Below, piece by piece: positions 51,293-64,000 of a stretch of 64,000 nt of DNA (positions are counted from its first letter, which is position 1; every line of letters starts with the position of its first letter). This DNA is from Lama glama (taxonomy: Eukaryota). The DNA lies in the NCBI GenBank assembly GCA_028534125.1, contig CM052816.1, forward strand, positions 61,134,001 through 61,198,000, given 5' to 3'. A program made the translations under genes and the position numbers. The notes beneath the pieces are model-generated. The model was not told where the DNA came from. It ran no database searches and saw nothing but the letters and a program-made list of their open reading frames with translations.

Positions 51293-51429
51293 CTCTGGAT
51301 TCATTATCCCTTCTTTCTTAAAGCAGCTGTAAAACATGTCCGTGGAAAATACTTCACTCCAAAGGTATCCATAATATTGGCCATCATATCCGCCTGCCAA
51401 GTGACCAAAAGTAGCCGGCATATTTGTGC
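51293..51429 (-). CDS. NLN: Neurolysin penultimate coding exon (137 bp)
   Basis: tttaaag|GC...GAG|gtattg. Translates (G)[45 protein letters not shown], with the M3-family GHLAGGY...YYGYLWSE motif. Not in the ORF track; read manually. Confidence 0.97.
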
Positions 51430-52592
51430 CTTTAAAGAAAGATACTTTTTAATTACAGTGATGGCAAATAAATATCAGATTATCAGCTAGCTAGCTTCCC
51501 CATGGAGGGGCCAGCCGTGGGAGGAGTGTCAGGATCACCTCTAGTACTCCCGGGATTTACGCGTGCCGTTGGCTGACAAGTTTAGAAACTTCTCTCCTGT
51601 GGCGGCTCCACCTAGGAGCTGGTTTCGGCCCTCAGCTCTGGAATGCCTGACAGTAGTTTCAAAGGCTTTGTCCACACCCATCACACAGCTCAGTCCTGTC
51701 TTATCCCTTAGACACACGTGTGTCTTACAAATACTCTAATATTAAGCCTACTTGTTGTCACACCTATTTATATCCAAAATACATCAGAATGGCTCTTATT
51801 CTGGGTTCATAATTACTGGAAAAAAAACTCTTTCCGTGGAAAGGTAAAAAGGTTTTTACCAAGTCAATCTACCTCTAGGGCTATTTTAAAAAAGGATTTC
51901 ATCAAGTGGCCTGAGGCACAAAGCTGCTGTTCGGCCAACTAGAAACAAATCACAAAAGGAGCCTGGATGGACTCAACTGACTATTCTGACCTTTATTATC
52001 TCCATAAATGTGACTGATTCAATGAAGTAACAATTTCTTTGGTGGAAAAAAAAGTCACCTTTCCGTTCCGACTACATGTCTGCATAAAATCTGTAAATAT
52101 AAATGTAAATGCATTATGGGTGAGCATCCACCCACCCACTCTCATGAATCTCATAAATAATACTAGGTTAGAAGCTGCTAGTCAAACTGCCTTAAGTGAC
52201 CTCAGGAACAGAATCAGAAGCAAGTTATAAGTCCGTGCCTCTCTAAAGCTGCCCCTTCCGCCAGAGTCTCACTGAAATACTAGGGAAGTCATGGTGCATA
52301 CAGGGAGGGCGGGGCCAGGCCGGGGCTGCCAAACGTGAACGGCTTTCTCTGCTCTGGGGTGGAGGCCAATTGCTCATGCCTGATTACACTAAAATGCTGC
52401 AAAGCTGGAGCCGCCTTTCCTTCAAGCCCTTTTGGACAGGATAACTCACGAGGACATGGTATGCCTATTTGAAAGTCATGGCCTGATTATAGAAATCAGC
52501 CCAATAAACTGTACCTTCTCTGGCAGTGTTAGTAGTCTACCCTGTGTAGACTTCACAGGAAAAAGGAACTTACAGTGATAGGATTTACATAC

Positions 52593-52721
52593 CTGGAGTA
52601 GCTGCAACACCTAAGATTTCTGTGCAATATTTGGCATATTCATTTGCAGCATCCAGCGATGTGTTGGTATGGAGAGACTGATCAACTTTGCTCAAAACAA
52701 TCTGGCGTAAGGTCAGGAGAC
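52593..52721 (-). CDS. NLN: Neurolysin internal exon (129 bp)
   Basis: ttattag|GT...CAG|gtatgt. Translates (G)[42 protein letters not shown](G); phase 1/1. Confidence 0.97.
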
Positions 52722-53033
52722 CTAATAACATAAGAATGTTTGGGCATGTTTTGAAGAGAGAACAAATGTGTTCTAACATCATGGACCACAGATTTCATCA
52801 ACTGATTCCTGTAGTACTCATTCCAAAATCAGAGCGAGGCATCTCATTCTATTTAAAATTTAAAAGGAAATGTTTTTTTTTTCCTTAGACATAACTCCAG
52901 AGTTCAGTATTTAAATATATTTAGTGGTCCTCCTTCCTCATGTTAACACTCTAAGGGCACTACCGTTACAAAAGGGGAAATAAGTTCTACAGAAGCAGAG
53001 GCTATCGATTCTCCATGAAGAAGTTCTCATTTA

Positions 53034-53249
<216 letters not shown>

Positions 53250-53586
53250 CTAGAAAGTAAACATAAAGGTCTTTTGTAAAAAGCACTGAATGAAAACTAC
53301 ATATATGATGAATTATAATTAAGGCTCACCAAAACTTAAGTCAGAATTAGGGTCAACTACCTCTTTGAATGAAGGGTTAGGATAACCTCAAATTTAAATG
53401 AAAATAAGACAGAGCAACCAAGCAGCCTGAAAAAAACCTCCAAATACTCTATATTAAAGTAATATTTAATTCTTCTGAATCACAAACTTGAAATAATCAT
53501 CAGGAAATCATAAATGAAAAAACATCAGTGTAAGTTAAAAGAAGCCTTAAGCTTTGAAAGTGAAAATATTTTAAAAGAATTTCCCA

Positions 53587-53705
53587 GGGAAGGAGGGGAT
53601 AGTTCAGTGGTAGACTGTCACGCATGAGGTCCTGGGTTCAATCCCAGGTACTGCCGTTAAAATAAATAAGTAAATAAATAAACCTAATTACCTACTGCCC
53701 CCCCC
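53587..53705 (+). mobile_element. vic-1-like SINE with a small internal deletion
   Basis: A box tagttcagtggtaga, B box ggttcaatccc, 'aacctaattacct' tail. Confidence 0.87.
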
Positions 53706-54859
53706 AATTTTTCCATTAAAAATGAAGAAACCCATAATCTGAGACAATCTCTTCCTAGCTCCCCTTTCTATTTGCATACTTCTGTTTATTCAATACATGC
53801 CTTTCTGGGGCATTCATCACTCTATTACTTAATTACTCAAGTTTTCATCCAAATCAATTAAAGAGTTACATTACAGACAGATACCCTTTTCATGTGTGTG
53901 ATGCTTTGTGTTTTAAACTTTAAATAAGTGTTTCTAAGACAACCGTGCTATAGAAAGCCTGAGCTGTACCTCTCGGATTGGGTAGAAGATGTTACCTTAA
54001 AACAAAAAGCCACTTCAGTGGGAGTTAGTGCTGTATATTAGTTGGCAAATAAGGTGAGTTAAATGCAGCTATAAGAGAACAGAAACAAAGGATATACTCA
54101 AGAGTTAAAGCACCCCTCGTAAAAATAAAGGATTTATTCTGAGGACGTGGGCTAAGAGTGAAAAAAGTTTTTTGTTTTTTTTTTAAAAGGGAATTTTAGT
54201 AAGTTGCTGAGTCAATGTCAAAAAAGCTCTTGAGCAAAAAGATGAGAATTCACTAAACAGGCTGGTGTTTTTCAACCTTCACCCCATCCGGAGAACTCAT
54301 GTAAAACTGCCACTGGCAGGGGAGATTCAACTTTTATCCAACTGGATCATCTGCAGAATAGGGGTTATCATTCTGTTATCTTTCCTGACCCTCTGTCCTG
54401 TTTCTCTCTTTAGATGCTTCACATCCTTGTCTCCCTGACTTCATCATCCCCGGGGCTCTAAAGGGAAGGAAGGGAAAGGAAGAGGGGCTGAACCACTGGA
54501 GAAGGTAGCAGATGGGATGTTGAATCAGCAGCAAATAACCACTCTGCTTTTGGCCCAAGGCAGAGGCACAGATGTCAATGCCATCTCACACTCTGCCTTT
54601 CTCTCTTTATGCAGAAAAATGTTTTGCTTGACTTCCCATTATGATTGTACCAGTTCTCGATGTGAAGAGCTGCAAATACTGAAGGACCAAGGGAAACTAA
54701 ATTCACTATGTACTGGAATTATGGAACCTCCCAAAAAACTCTTATAGAGAAAGCCTCAAGGGTTCCAGAAAACTGAATATTGTGACTCTTTCTTGTATAT
54801 TATCTTCTAAAAATAACTACATTGTACATTACAGATAAAATAATTTTACACAGTAATTA

Positions 54860-55070
54860 TAACAGCCAACATCTACTGAGACTGTTTACTATGTCAGGCA
54901 TTTTGCTAGGCTCTTGACATGGATGATCTGATCTAAATCCCAAAACAATAGTATGAAGCACTGTAATCTCCATTTATGAGATAAGGAAATTGAGGCATAT
55001 GGAGATTAGTGGTAGACCTAGGGCTTGAAACCAGGTAATCTGACTCCAGAACCCCAATTTTAACCACAAA
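54860..55070. mobile_element. MIR SINE remnant
   Basis: 'tactatgtcaggcattttgctagg...atctccatttatgagataaggaaattgaggca...aaccaggtaatctgactccaga'. Confidence 0.7.
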
Positions 55071-55531
55071 TGCTATATAATGCTTCTCTATTTTACAGAA
55101 AAATGGGGAAAAGAAGGTTAAATTACAATGTTACAAAATGATGAGATCTTCTTGTAAGGGATCTAAAGCCATTATCAGACTTGCCTTTATGTGAAGAGTA
55201 AAAACCAGGCTTCGGTGTGCTTCCTTAGAAATCTGATTCCCTTTATATACTTGAAGCATTTTCAAAGATCAGACATGAGATTGAGGTGTAAAGGCCAGCC
55301 TTGGTAGCCGTCTATCCTGGATTTGGGATTCTGTAATACTAATGGCATAATTTTCTAAAGATTACAGTTTTAAAATAAGTACTAACAGAGCAGATAAAGG
55401 CAGAATCACACCATCAGCTATTTTGACAAAAATATAAATTTTGATACCCTGCCTGTGTGAACATTTTTTGGTTAGTATTTGCTGTTGAGGGGGGAAATCA
55501 ACCCCAAATAACAGCAAAATGTGTGTGTATT

Positions 55532-55557
55532 TGGTGGTGGTGGTGGTGGTGGTGGTG
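55532..55557. repeat. (TGG)8 microsatellite
   Basis: Read directly from the sequence. Confidence 0.9.
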
Positions 55558-57596
55558 TTTCAGAACCTAGGAAAAAAACATGAACAAATAACCCATGAGT
55601 TAAAATTAACTGAGAATTAACACAGTTCTGTCATGCAGAGTAGAGAAGAGAGGGCTCATTCTAGCCAAAGCCACCCTGTAGCGGGGGAGAGAGCACAGCA
55701 AATGAATGAACAGATCAACAATGTCTTCTGAAGAACAAAAGGAAATGTTTGCAAGGAGTAAAAGCTAAAAATAACTCTACTGCTTACTAATTTCTCGAAA
55801 GTCAGTCACGCTGTTTCTCTGGGTGCCCTCTGGGCAACATCATTTAAATATTTTTCAAATGAGGGGAACAAAGAACTTACAAAATCCAAAAGCTCCATTT
55901 CCAGCAAATAACTGAATTTGAAAGGGAAAGGAATCCACAGTCGGCCACTATGTGTATGTCCACAGAGAAACTCTGGGCAAATCTTTGGATCCAGCAGCCT
56001 GACGGGGCCTGACACACGGAACAGCGTGGCTACTGAACTGCATTATTCATTGTTGACCAGCCAGCAAGTACCACTTCCCAGTATCGAACTGCAGGTTCCA
56101 AAGAAGCCAAGAAGCACTTGATGCAGTTTTCAACACGAATAATTCGACAATGCTGAATATAGTATCGTATGGGCATTATTGCTGCAGGAAATATTCTAAC
56201 AATAAAAACCCAGAAAACAATGTAAATTTAAGATTCCTGTTTGGTTAGAAGTTCTTGAGAGGACAGTGTCTAAAACTATGAGATTTTTCTATATTATCTT
56301 TTTAAACAATCGAATACCTAAAATATACTCCGTTATAGATTTTTTCAATAGACGACTTGATGCTACAGAGATTAGCTTCTCAGTTCATACAACACAGTGA
56401 GAGCTGGAGCAAAATTATATAAACTAAAGTTCTAAAAGTCTTGTGAGCTTTTGTTGTATTGAGAGACCAAATCCCATGGGTTGTTGTTCTAATTAAGAGA
56501 CTGGCTGCTCTCAGTATTTACAACTAAAGTGTTATTTTCATGATAGCAAACCTCAACTCAAAAAAAAGGCAGTTGCTGAAATCAGGAAATGCATTGTGTT
56601 TAAAGAAGAACAGGACTCGGGAGAGCTGACCTTGCCTGTCTAAGACGATCCCCTATTGATTTCTTAGCAGTCATTCCATGTCCTGACCTGTCTGATCTCC
56701 CCCTAAATCCAGAGATGATGAAGATTAAGTAACAAAGCATTAAAAAAAAAAAAAAAAGAAAGAAAAGAAAAGTGCCACTGTCTCCTAGGCTTTGCCATAA
56801 ACAGAGGGTTAAAGGTCATACTTTTCACTTCACATATCCCTAGCAATCACTGGAAATAATAACAGTGATAAAGAGAACCTGAATAACACTTCATTGCCTT
56901 TCACAACAGCCCTATAGTTCAACAGGTCAGGATCCACCACCACCATTTAAAAGGCATGTGAGACCACACATTATCTGCAGAAGCCTTGAGTACTACACCT
57001 TAAATTCACAGGCTTACCCCCCAAACTGGCTATACCTTCCTGACTATTATTTCTTACATATAAGTTACCTTTTTTAGATGAAAACAAATAAAAGTACTAT
57101 TCAAACTCAAGTGCTAAGAATAACCTTATATATACATATACCTTATTAACAACTGTACCTCCAAAATACAGCACATGCCCAGAAAGCTGTAGACAGTCAA
57201 TTAATCTTTGTGAAATAAATGAAGCTGTGAGGAAAATGTTTCTGTATGAAAACCCAACCCTGAATAACTTGAAGAGATTTTCTTTTTATCATACTTGACC
57301 CAACCTCTTAGCTTCCAACCTAACATCACCTCTCTACTCTGTCTCCTTTTAATACTTAATATTTAATTTGTATGATTTTACTTAATAATATTGTTTTTAA
57401 TTTTTTATTTGTTATATTTCACATCCTCAAACTTTAAACATTCAAGATACTATCTCTTTTTCTTTTGAACCCAATGCTACCATATCTAGTATATCATGTC
57501 AGACAATAGATAATCAATAACTCTGTTTCTAAGGAATTAACAAAACATTTCTCTTTTAAAAATATCTTTCTAATTATATTAAAAAAACCCACATGG

Positions 57597-57895
57597 AAAA
57601 TACAAAACAGAAATAGACTCACAGACATAGAATACAAACTTGTGGTTGCCAAGGGGGTGGGGGGTGGGAAGAGATAGACTGGGATTTCAAAATTGTAGAA
57701 TAGATAAACAAGATTACACTGTATAGCACAGGGAAATACATACAAGATCTTGTGGTAGCTCACAGAGAAAAAAATGTGACAATGAATATATATATGTTCA
57801 TGTGTAACTGAAAAATTGTGCTCTACACTGGAATTTGACACAACATTGTAAAATGATTATAAATCAATAAAAATATTAAAAGAAAAAAGAAAAAC
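57597..57895 (+). mobile_element. Young lineage-specific L1 3' end (5'-truncated), antisense to NLN
   Basis: Same family as 21417-21786; perfect TSD aaaaacccacatgga on both sides. Confidence 0.9.
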
Positions 57896-59059
57896 AAAAA
57901 CCCACATGGACAAAATGCAGTAAGAAAATGAAAAGAACAAGTCCCCAAACAGAAATAAACAGTGCGTAGGTCATCACATTTGGTTTATGACTCCAGCATT
58001 TAGTCTCGGTATATGTGTGTATGTGCTTGTGCATGTATAAACAAATAAACACAAGAATATTAAAATAACAAAAATGAGACCTTGAAAGAAATTAATTCCT
58101 ACCCTGACACTGGAAACTAAAACAGTGTGCGGGGTTGAGGGCAGGGAGCAGAGGCTACAAGGCTGTTGATAGGTGTTAGCTGTACTTCAGGACTGAAACC
58201 TAAAAGGTCACGTTACACAGAGGGACACCTGGAACTAGATAAACTCATTCACTCCACACAAGCTTACAGGAGATTGACTTAGAGGGAAGGTCATTTAAGA
58301 AACTTACGGGAAAGAAGTCCACCCAACAGAATACAGACTTGGGTCAGACCACCTGACGTAATGCCATCTCCAGTGCACGGACTGGGGGCTTAACGAATGG
58401 TTACAGGCAATAAAGTAGAGTGGTGAGGAGCAGGGTGGTCAGATCTTGGGGGGACACTTCACCTTTCTAAGTCTCAGTTTTTTCCACTAGGAAAAAGGGA
58501 GCAATAATAGTATAATAGCATAGTAATAGAAGCAGACTGACAAGCCCACTTCAGAAATATTGTAAGGATAAAATTAATGAATTTAAGGCACTGACTGTAA
58601 TGCCTGGTACATGGTCAGTGCTCAGTGACTCTTGGCCTCTGTCATTCTTCTCAGTCTCCCCAGTTTGCCTGACCAGGGGTGGTCTTGGCTGGTCTGACCA
58701 AGCCTGTCCTCAGCTTCCTCCAAGTATCTATTCCTTGGTGTTAATACTGAAGATAAATATGCCCACATTTCTCTTCAACTAAACTGCTCATTCTGCTCCA
58801 GCTCCAGAAATCAAACTTCAAAGCAGGCAGTTGTCATTAAAACAAAACAAAAATACCAACGTGGTTTCCAATCACCTTCCACAGATCTCCACCCTAAATC
58901 CACTGAGGATGAGCATCTGTGAACTCTTTGAAACCAGAAGTGACAGTGCTCTTCCTCCTGGCTATCCTCTCCCCACCTTAAATTCTGACCTGTGTGCTAC
59001 TTATTGATCTCGAAGGGCTGAATTATATATAAGCATAGTTACAAGAACACTTCAAATAT

Positions 59060-59270
59060 GCATGGCATTTTATGCTTCCCCAAGTACATTTTCACACATT
59101 AGTTAATCTCCCAGCACTCCAGGGAAGTAGGTCTCAGAATTGTTGTTGTCCCCACTTTATGAATAAGAAAAAGAGCTGGTTCAAGGAGGTCAAAAAACTT
59201 GCCCAAAGTCACACAGCCAGGCTTACAAGTACACGGGTGATTTCTAATCCAGGGTTCTTGTTATAACCCT
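59060..59270. mobile_element. MIR SINE remnant
   Basis: 'gtccccactttatgaataagaaaa...aggtcaaaaaacttgcccaaagtcacacagc'. Confidence 0.7.
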
Positions 59271-60344
59271 AGGGTGCCTTCCTGACTGATATAGGCTACG
59301 TTTATTTAAAACAGTATCTAATTCAAAATAGTTAAAGCAGACAAGATGATCTACGAGTCTGTAGGCCAAATTAATAGATTATTTGAAATCTGAAGTTTTT
59401 TCACCCTTCTATCCCTTTCACTTTAATAAGGCATTATGGTGATTCTCATGTGTTGCTTTAAAATAATGATCTCTAACAGTCCAAATGAGTGCAAAACTCA
59501 TTCCTGCTTTTAATGCACAACCAACACAGACATCACATGGAGGCTGTTAAGAAGCGTTAGTCTTGTCTTCCATGTAAGTTCAAAAGGCCAGTGGTTACTG
59601 AGAGCCCAAACTACAATAAAGCCATGAAACAGGAACAGATACTGGAGATGCCATCTCTTGATTGCTATCTTCAAAATTATCTACTCTGAAGTGTAAACAC
59701 AAAAAAATATGAGTGAAACTCAGCTCCTGAATGATGAGATGGTAGACACCTTGAACCAGTGCATCTACATGTTTGAAAACTGGCTGTTCCTGCTGACACA
59801 TTTAAATATTACCATGGCAAGGTCCAACGAGCTCTTCTGGTTATCAAACTTGCAAATTGCCATGGTGGTGAACTCAAACACTGGGCTGTCATATCTTAAA
59901 ATCAATCTACTGAATATATATGGCCAATTTAAAATTCACTACGTATTTTTCAGATAAGTCAGAAGTTTTACTGAACACAGAGACTATTAAACTCCTCATT
60001 CACTGCCATCTAGTTTAGGTCAGTACAAAAGGTTTTGTAATTATTATAAAGCTGCAAATATATGGATCTGTGTCTACTACTTTTAAGACAAAAGCAGAGA
60101 TCACTGGTTTCAAATGTGTTACCTTAAAAGATCTTAAAATGTTACAGGACACTTGAAAGGATTAACAGACAAACAAAAGATTTTTCAAAGATAATCTCAT
60201 TAACAGATGACCAGCAAGGGATTGTACTAACACACTATTCATCCGTAAGACACATTTTATGTTCATGAAGGAGGTTAGGCAAATTCTAGGAATTGAATAT
60301 AGTCTACTGTTTAGAGAGAGAGATATCTTCATCCGTTTTTCAGC

Positions 60345-60600
60345 GTATACACTGATTCACATATATATATATATATTCACATTTTCAGTCATCTATATAA
60401 TTATACACTGATATGTATAGTTTATTCATATATATGTATATATATGAAATATATATTTCATTCATCAGTATATATACTAACAGAAGTATATCAGTATATA
60501 TACTGATTCATATATATTCATATATAAAGTTCAGTCATTTATATGTTCAGTCATAGATATACTTATTCATATATATAGTTCATTCGTATATACATATATT
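60345..60600. repeat. Degenerate TA-rich minisatellite-like tract
   Basis: Recurrent tatatatattca, tacactga and ttcagtcat units. Confidence 0.8.
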
Positions 60601-61913
60601 AAGAGCAGTCATGAATTACAGAGCTTTAAGATGCCATAGTACCAGGAAAGTTATTTTCCAGTACTAAAATGGGTATTTCAAAGGATCAAAATTAATATAG
60701 GAATAACAGAGCTGCAGAGAGCTATATCATGAATGCGTGATAAGCATATGACATTACGGTTTCAGGAGAGCCATGTTTGAAAATGAGAACATGCATCAAA
60801 AGCACTGAAAACCCATTTGAGGATCAGTATTATTTTAATAAATGTGATTAAGACACCAAATTACTTCCTCATGAAATCTTTAACTGATAATTAACATCCA
60901 ACTAAGGAGGAAACTGCTCTAACTCAGGAATTCTTAACTTGGAATTCGGTATGGTCTGGGCTTCAGGGGGTAAAAGAGCTCTTTGAAATTCCATGTAAAA
61001 AATTTGAGTGTGTAAGTGTATGTACATTTTTCTGGAAAGGGTATCCATAGCTTAAATCAGATTTTTATAGGTTCTCAGATACACAGAAGTTAAGATCCAC
61101 TGTTCCAAAAGCAGACTATTTGTTTATCTATGTATAGACACATAACTAGATCTCGAATAACCTAAGTAATATCCTTTAAGTCTGAAATTAAGAAAAGTAT
61201 TTGACTTTTCTAAATTATTCATAAACATACTTTAGAAAAATGAAAACTAAACTTATCCTAATTAAAGGAAATGTCATCCATAGAATGGACACTGATGGAA
61301 AATAAGTTATTTCAGGAAATCTATTGCTGTAAAAATAGAATTTTAAAAATTATCTAAGAAAGAAAATTTAGGTTATTTTGAAAGATTTATTTTCTTTGGA
61401 TTAAGCAGAGGGTAGAAATGGCTATATCAGTATACCAGGATTTATTTGTCTGAATAGATTCATATCTTATTCCCCTTGGTTTTTAAAAACAAAACATGGA
61501 AGCATCAGGATGTAAAGATAAAATGTTGAAAGAACTAAATAGCTTTTAAACAAAAATGATAGTAGTATTTTAGAAATGAGTGGGTGCATTTTTGGTTATT
61601 TCAATGATTAGGGGCTACTCTGGGAGTGGGATGCTGGATATCCAGGACTGAACTGCACACGTCAGGACCACAAAAAATTGTCCCATATTCTGCTTGTCAT
61701 TTATATGTCCTACTGGACATGCATATAAATGAACAATCTTTAATTAAGTGAGCCTAGAAACTAATTCCATTGCACATATTTTTAAAGTATTTTTGCACAC
61801 TTACAATTTCCAAGACTCTAACTACTAGGATGAATCATGCAAATCAAAGCATGATTTTTTGGGGAAGTTTCCCAGGAGGTGTTCACCACTTTGTAAAATC
61901 ATGTCACCATTGA

Positions 61914-62241
61914 TGCTACAGACTGAAAATTTGTCTCACACCCAAATTCATCCGTTGAAACCTAACCCCCCATGTGATGGCAGGAGGTGATAATTAGGTT
62001 ATGAAGGCAGAGTCCTATGAATGGGGTTAGGAACTTACAAAAGAGATCCCAGAGAGCTCCTTTCCATTGTGTGAGGACATAGAGAAGGTGCTGTCTCTGA
62101 ACCAGAAAGCAGGTCCTCACCAGACATCAAATCTGCCAGCACCTTGATCCTGGACTTTAGCCTCCAGAACTGTGAGAAATTTTTGTTGTTTCTAAGTCAC
62201 TCAATCTATGGTATTCTGTTATAGCAATCCAAACTAAGACA
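61914..62241 (+). mobile_element. MLT1A-like (MaLR) solo LTR inside a hAT-like element
   Basis: 'tgctacagactgaaaatttgtc...gccagcaccttgatcctggactttagcctccagaactgtgagaaat...tatagcaatccaaactaagaca'. Confidence 0.85.
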
Positions 62242-62489
62242 ACTGGTTATACCATTCTTGGACTTCGGTTGACAAAACAAACCACTTATATATTAGTGTG
62301 TAGTTTTTGCTGCAAGATTCACGGTTATTCTCATATAACCTGAATACTTCATTATGTCATACTGCACAGTCATGCCAGGCATTGCCATTTGAAAAACATT
62401 TAAAAAAATGCTTTCTTTTATGTTCAGTGAGGAAATTACATAGACTTAAAAAAATTATCTGTATAGAAAAATACTATCAGGGAAAAACT

Positions 62490-62680
62490 AGTAAATTCCA
62501 AATACAGTGTGGAGTTTAGTTAGGAGTACTGTACCAATGGTGCCTTCTTAGTGGTGGCAAAGGTACTATAATAATGCAAGATGTTAACAGTAGGGAAAAC
62601 AGGGTGTGGAGTACACAGGCAATGGCTGTACTATCTTTGTAACTTTTCTGTAAATCTAAAACTATTCTAAAAAACATATT
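62490..62680 (+). mobile_element. L1MC-like 3' end fragment
   Basis: 'gtactataataatgcaagatgttaac...gtactatctttgtaacttttctgtaaatctaaaactattctaaaa'. Confidence 0.7.
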
Positions 62681-63085
62681 ATTTTTTCAAAGTTTACCTG
62701 CAGAGGTGCATAGAGATTTCAAATTGGGAAAACTGTCCCTCTGCTTCTGTAAATATCAGTCTTTTAAACTGTTAGGCTGAACTACTGAACTAGATGTTTT
62801 TATATGTCAATAGTGGTTAAGTATTAGCAAGTTCATATGGTTCATCCTAAAATAGTTTCAGTCTAGTTTACTAGACTGTGTTACAAAGTTGAGAATAAAT
62901 GCATTTTTTTATTGTCACAAATAAGGAGAAATTAGTTGCAATTCATTGCACACATACATCCTCTCCCCAGTCAGTTCTCCACGTGGTTATACCATGTTAC
63001 CTGTGATATAATTTAAAGCTAGTAAAGGAAAGTGTTACACAATATTTATTATTAGAAAAGGAGTATAGGGTCTGGACAGTTGAAA

Positions 63086-63161
63086 ACTATTGAACTAAAC
63101 AAAGCATTAATAAGCAGAAAAGACTATTGAACTAAACAAAGCATTAATAAGCAGAAAAGAC
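63086..63161. repeat. Perfect 37-bp tandem duplication
   Basis: actattgaactaaacaaagcattaataagcagaaaag occurs twice, identical. Confidence 0.97.
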
Positions 63162-63437
63162 AGAGTGAAGCACAGTTTATCTCTGAAGCTTACACCAAAT
63201 TCCTATGAGAAAAAGAATTAAAAGGAAAAAACAGAGTTGTGTAACCCTTGTTTAATGATAGCCTTCTTTCTTCTTCCATAGGGTGGTATTCAATGGAGTT
63301 CTTTCATCAGCAAATTAACCGCTGAATAAAAATACGTTGTGAAAGAGGACCCAGTAAGAAAAATTTTGTGTTTTTGCAGAAGGCCTATGAAATTCCTGAA
63401 CATGTTCAGCTTCTGAGAAAACATGTTAAGGGTCTCA

Positions 63438-63752
<315 letters not shown>

Positions 63753-64000
63753 CTAGCAACAACGGCCTCTCTCTGTCACCGGTCATACATGATAACAGAA
63801 GATGCTCTGAAACATTTAAGTCACCTTTTATACAGTAGGTCTATGCTTTGCTGAAATGAAAACTAAACAAAGAAAAAACCCACCATCACTTGATCTGAAT
63901 GATATTTCCAAGGTGTCTTTTTTGAAAAATCTTAATGTAAGAATTGAGAATATACAGCACAAGCAGGCTACAGTGGATGTCCGATTTATTTTAATGAGCT

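Overview
This is mammalian genomic DNA, most likely from a camelid: it carries at least 14 copies of a tRNA-derived SINE resembling the Camelidae vic-1 family. The right third holds the last five coding exons of neurolysin (NLN, M3 metallopeptidase) on the minus strand, at 63711-63510, 53249-53063, 52721-52593, 51429-51293 and 42673-42539. All GT-AG junctions are in frame, the HEFGH zinc motif is intact, and a probable multi-kb 3' UTR follows. The left ~38 kb is intergenic and repeat-rich: L1, L2, MIR, DNA transposons, LTRs and a decayed class I ERV gag, with a 500-N assembly gap. I found no convincing previously undescribed multi-gene system. The best observations are a near-perfect U6 retrocopy with TSD, an unidentified mRNA 3'-end retrocopy, structurally odd SINEs (a dimer and an internal duplication), two candidate alternative NLN exons in the 3' UTR region, a Met-to-Thr change in a conserved NLN segment, and an internally deleted ERV. 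Repeat family names come from recall of consensus sequences, not from a search. Most ORFs in the supplied track are spurious.
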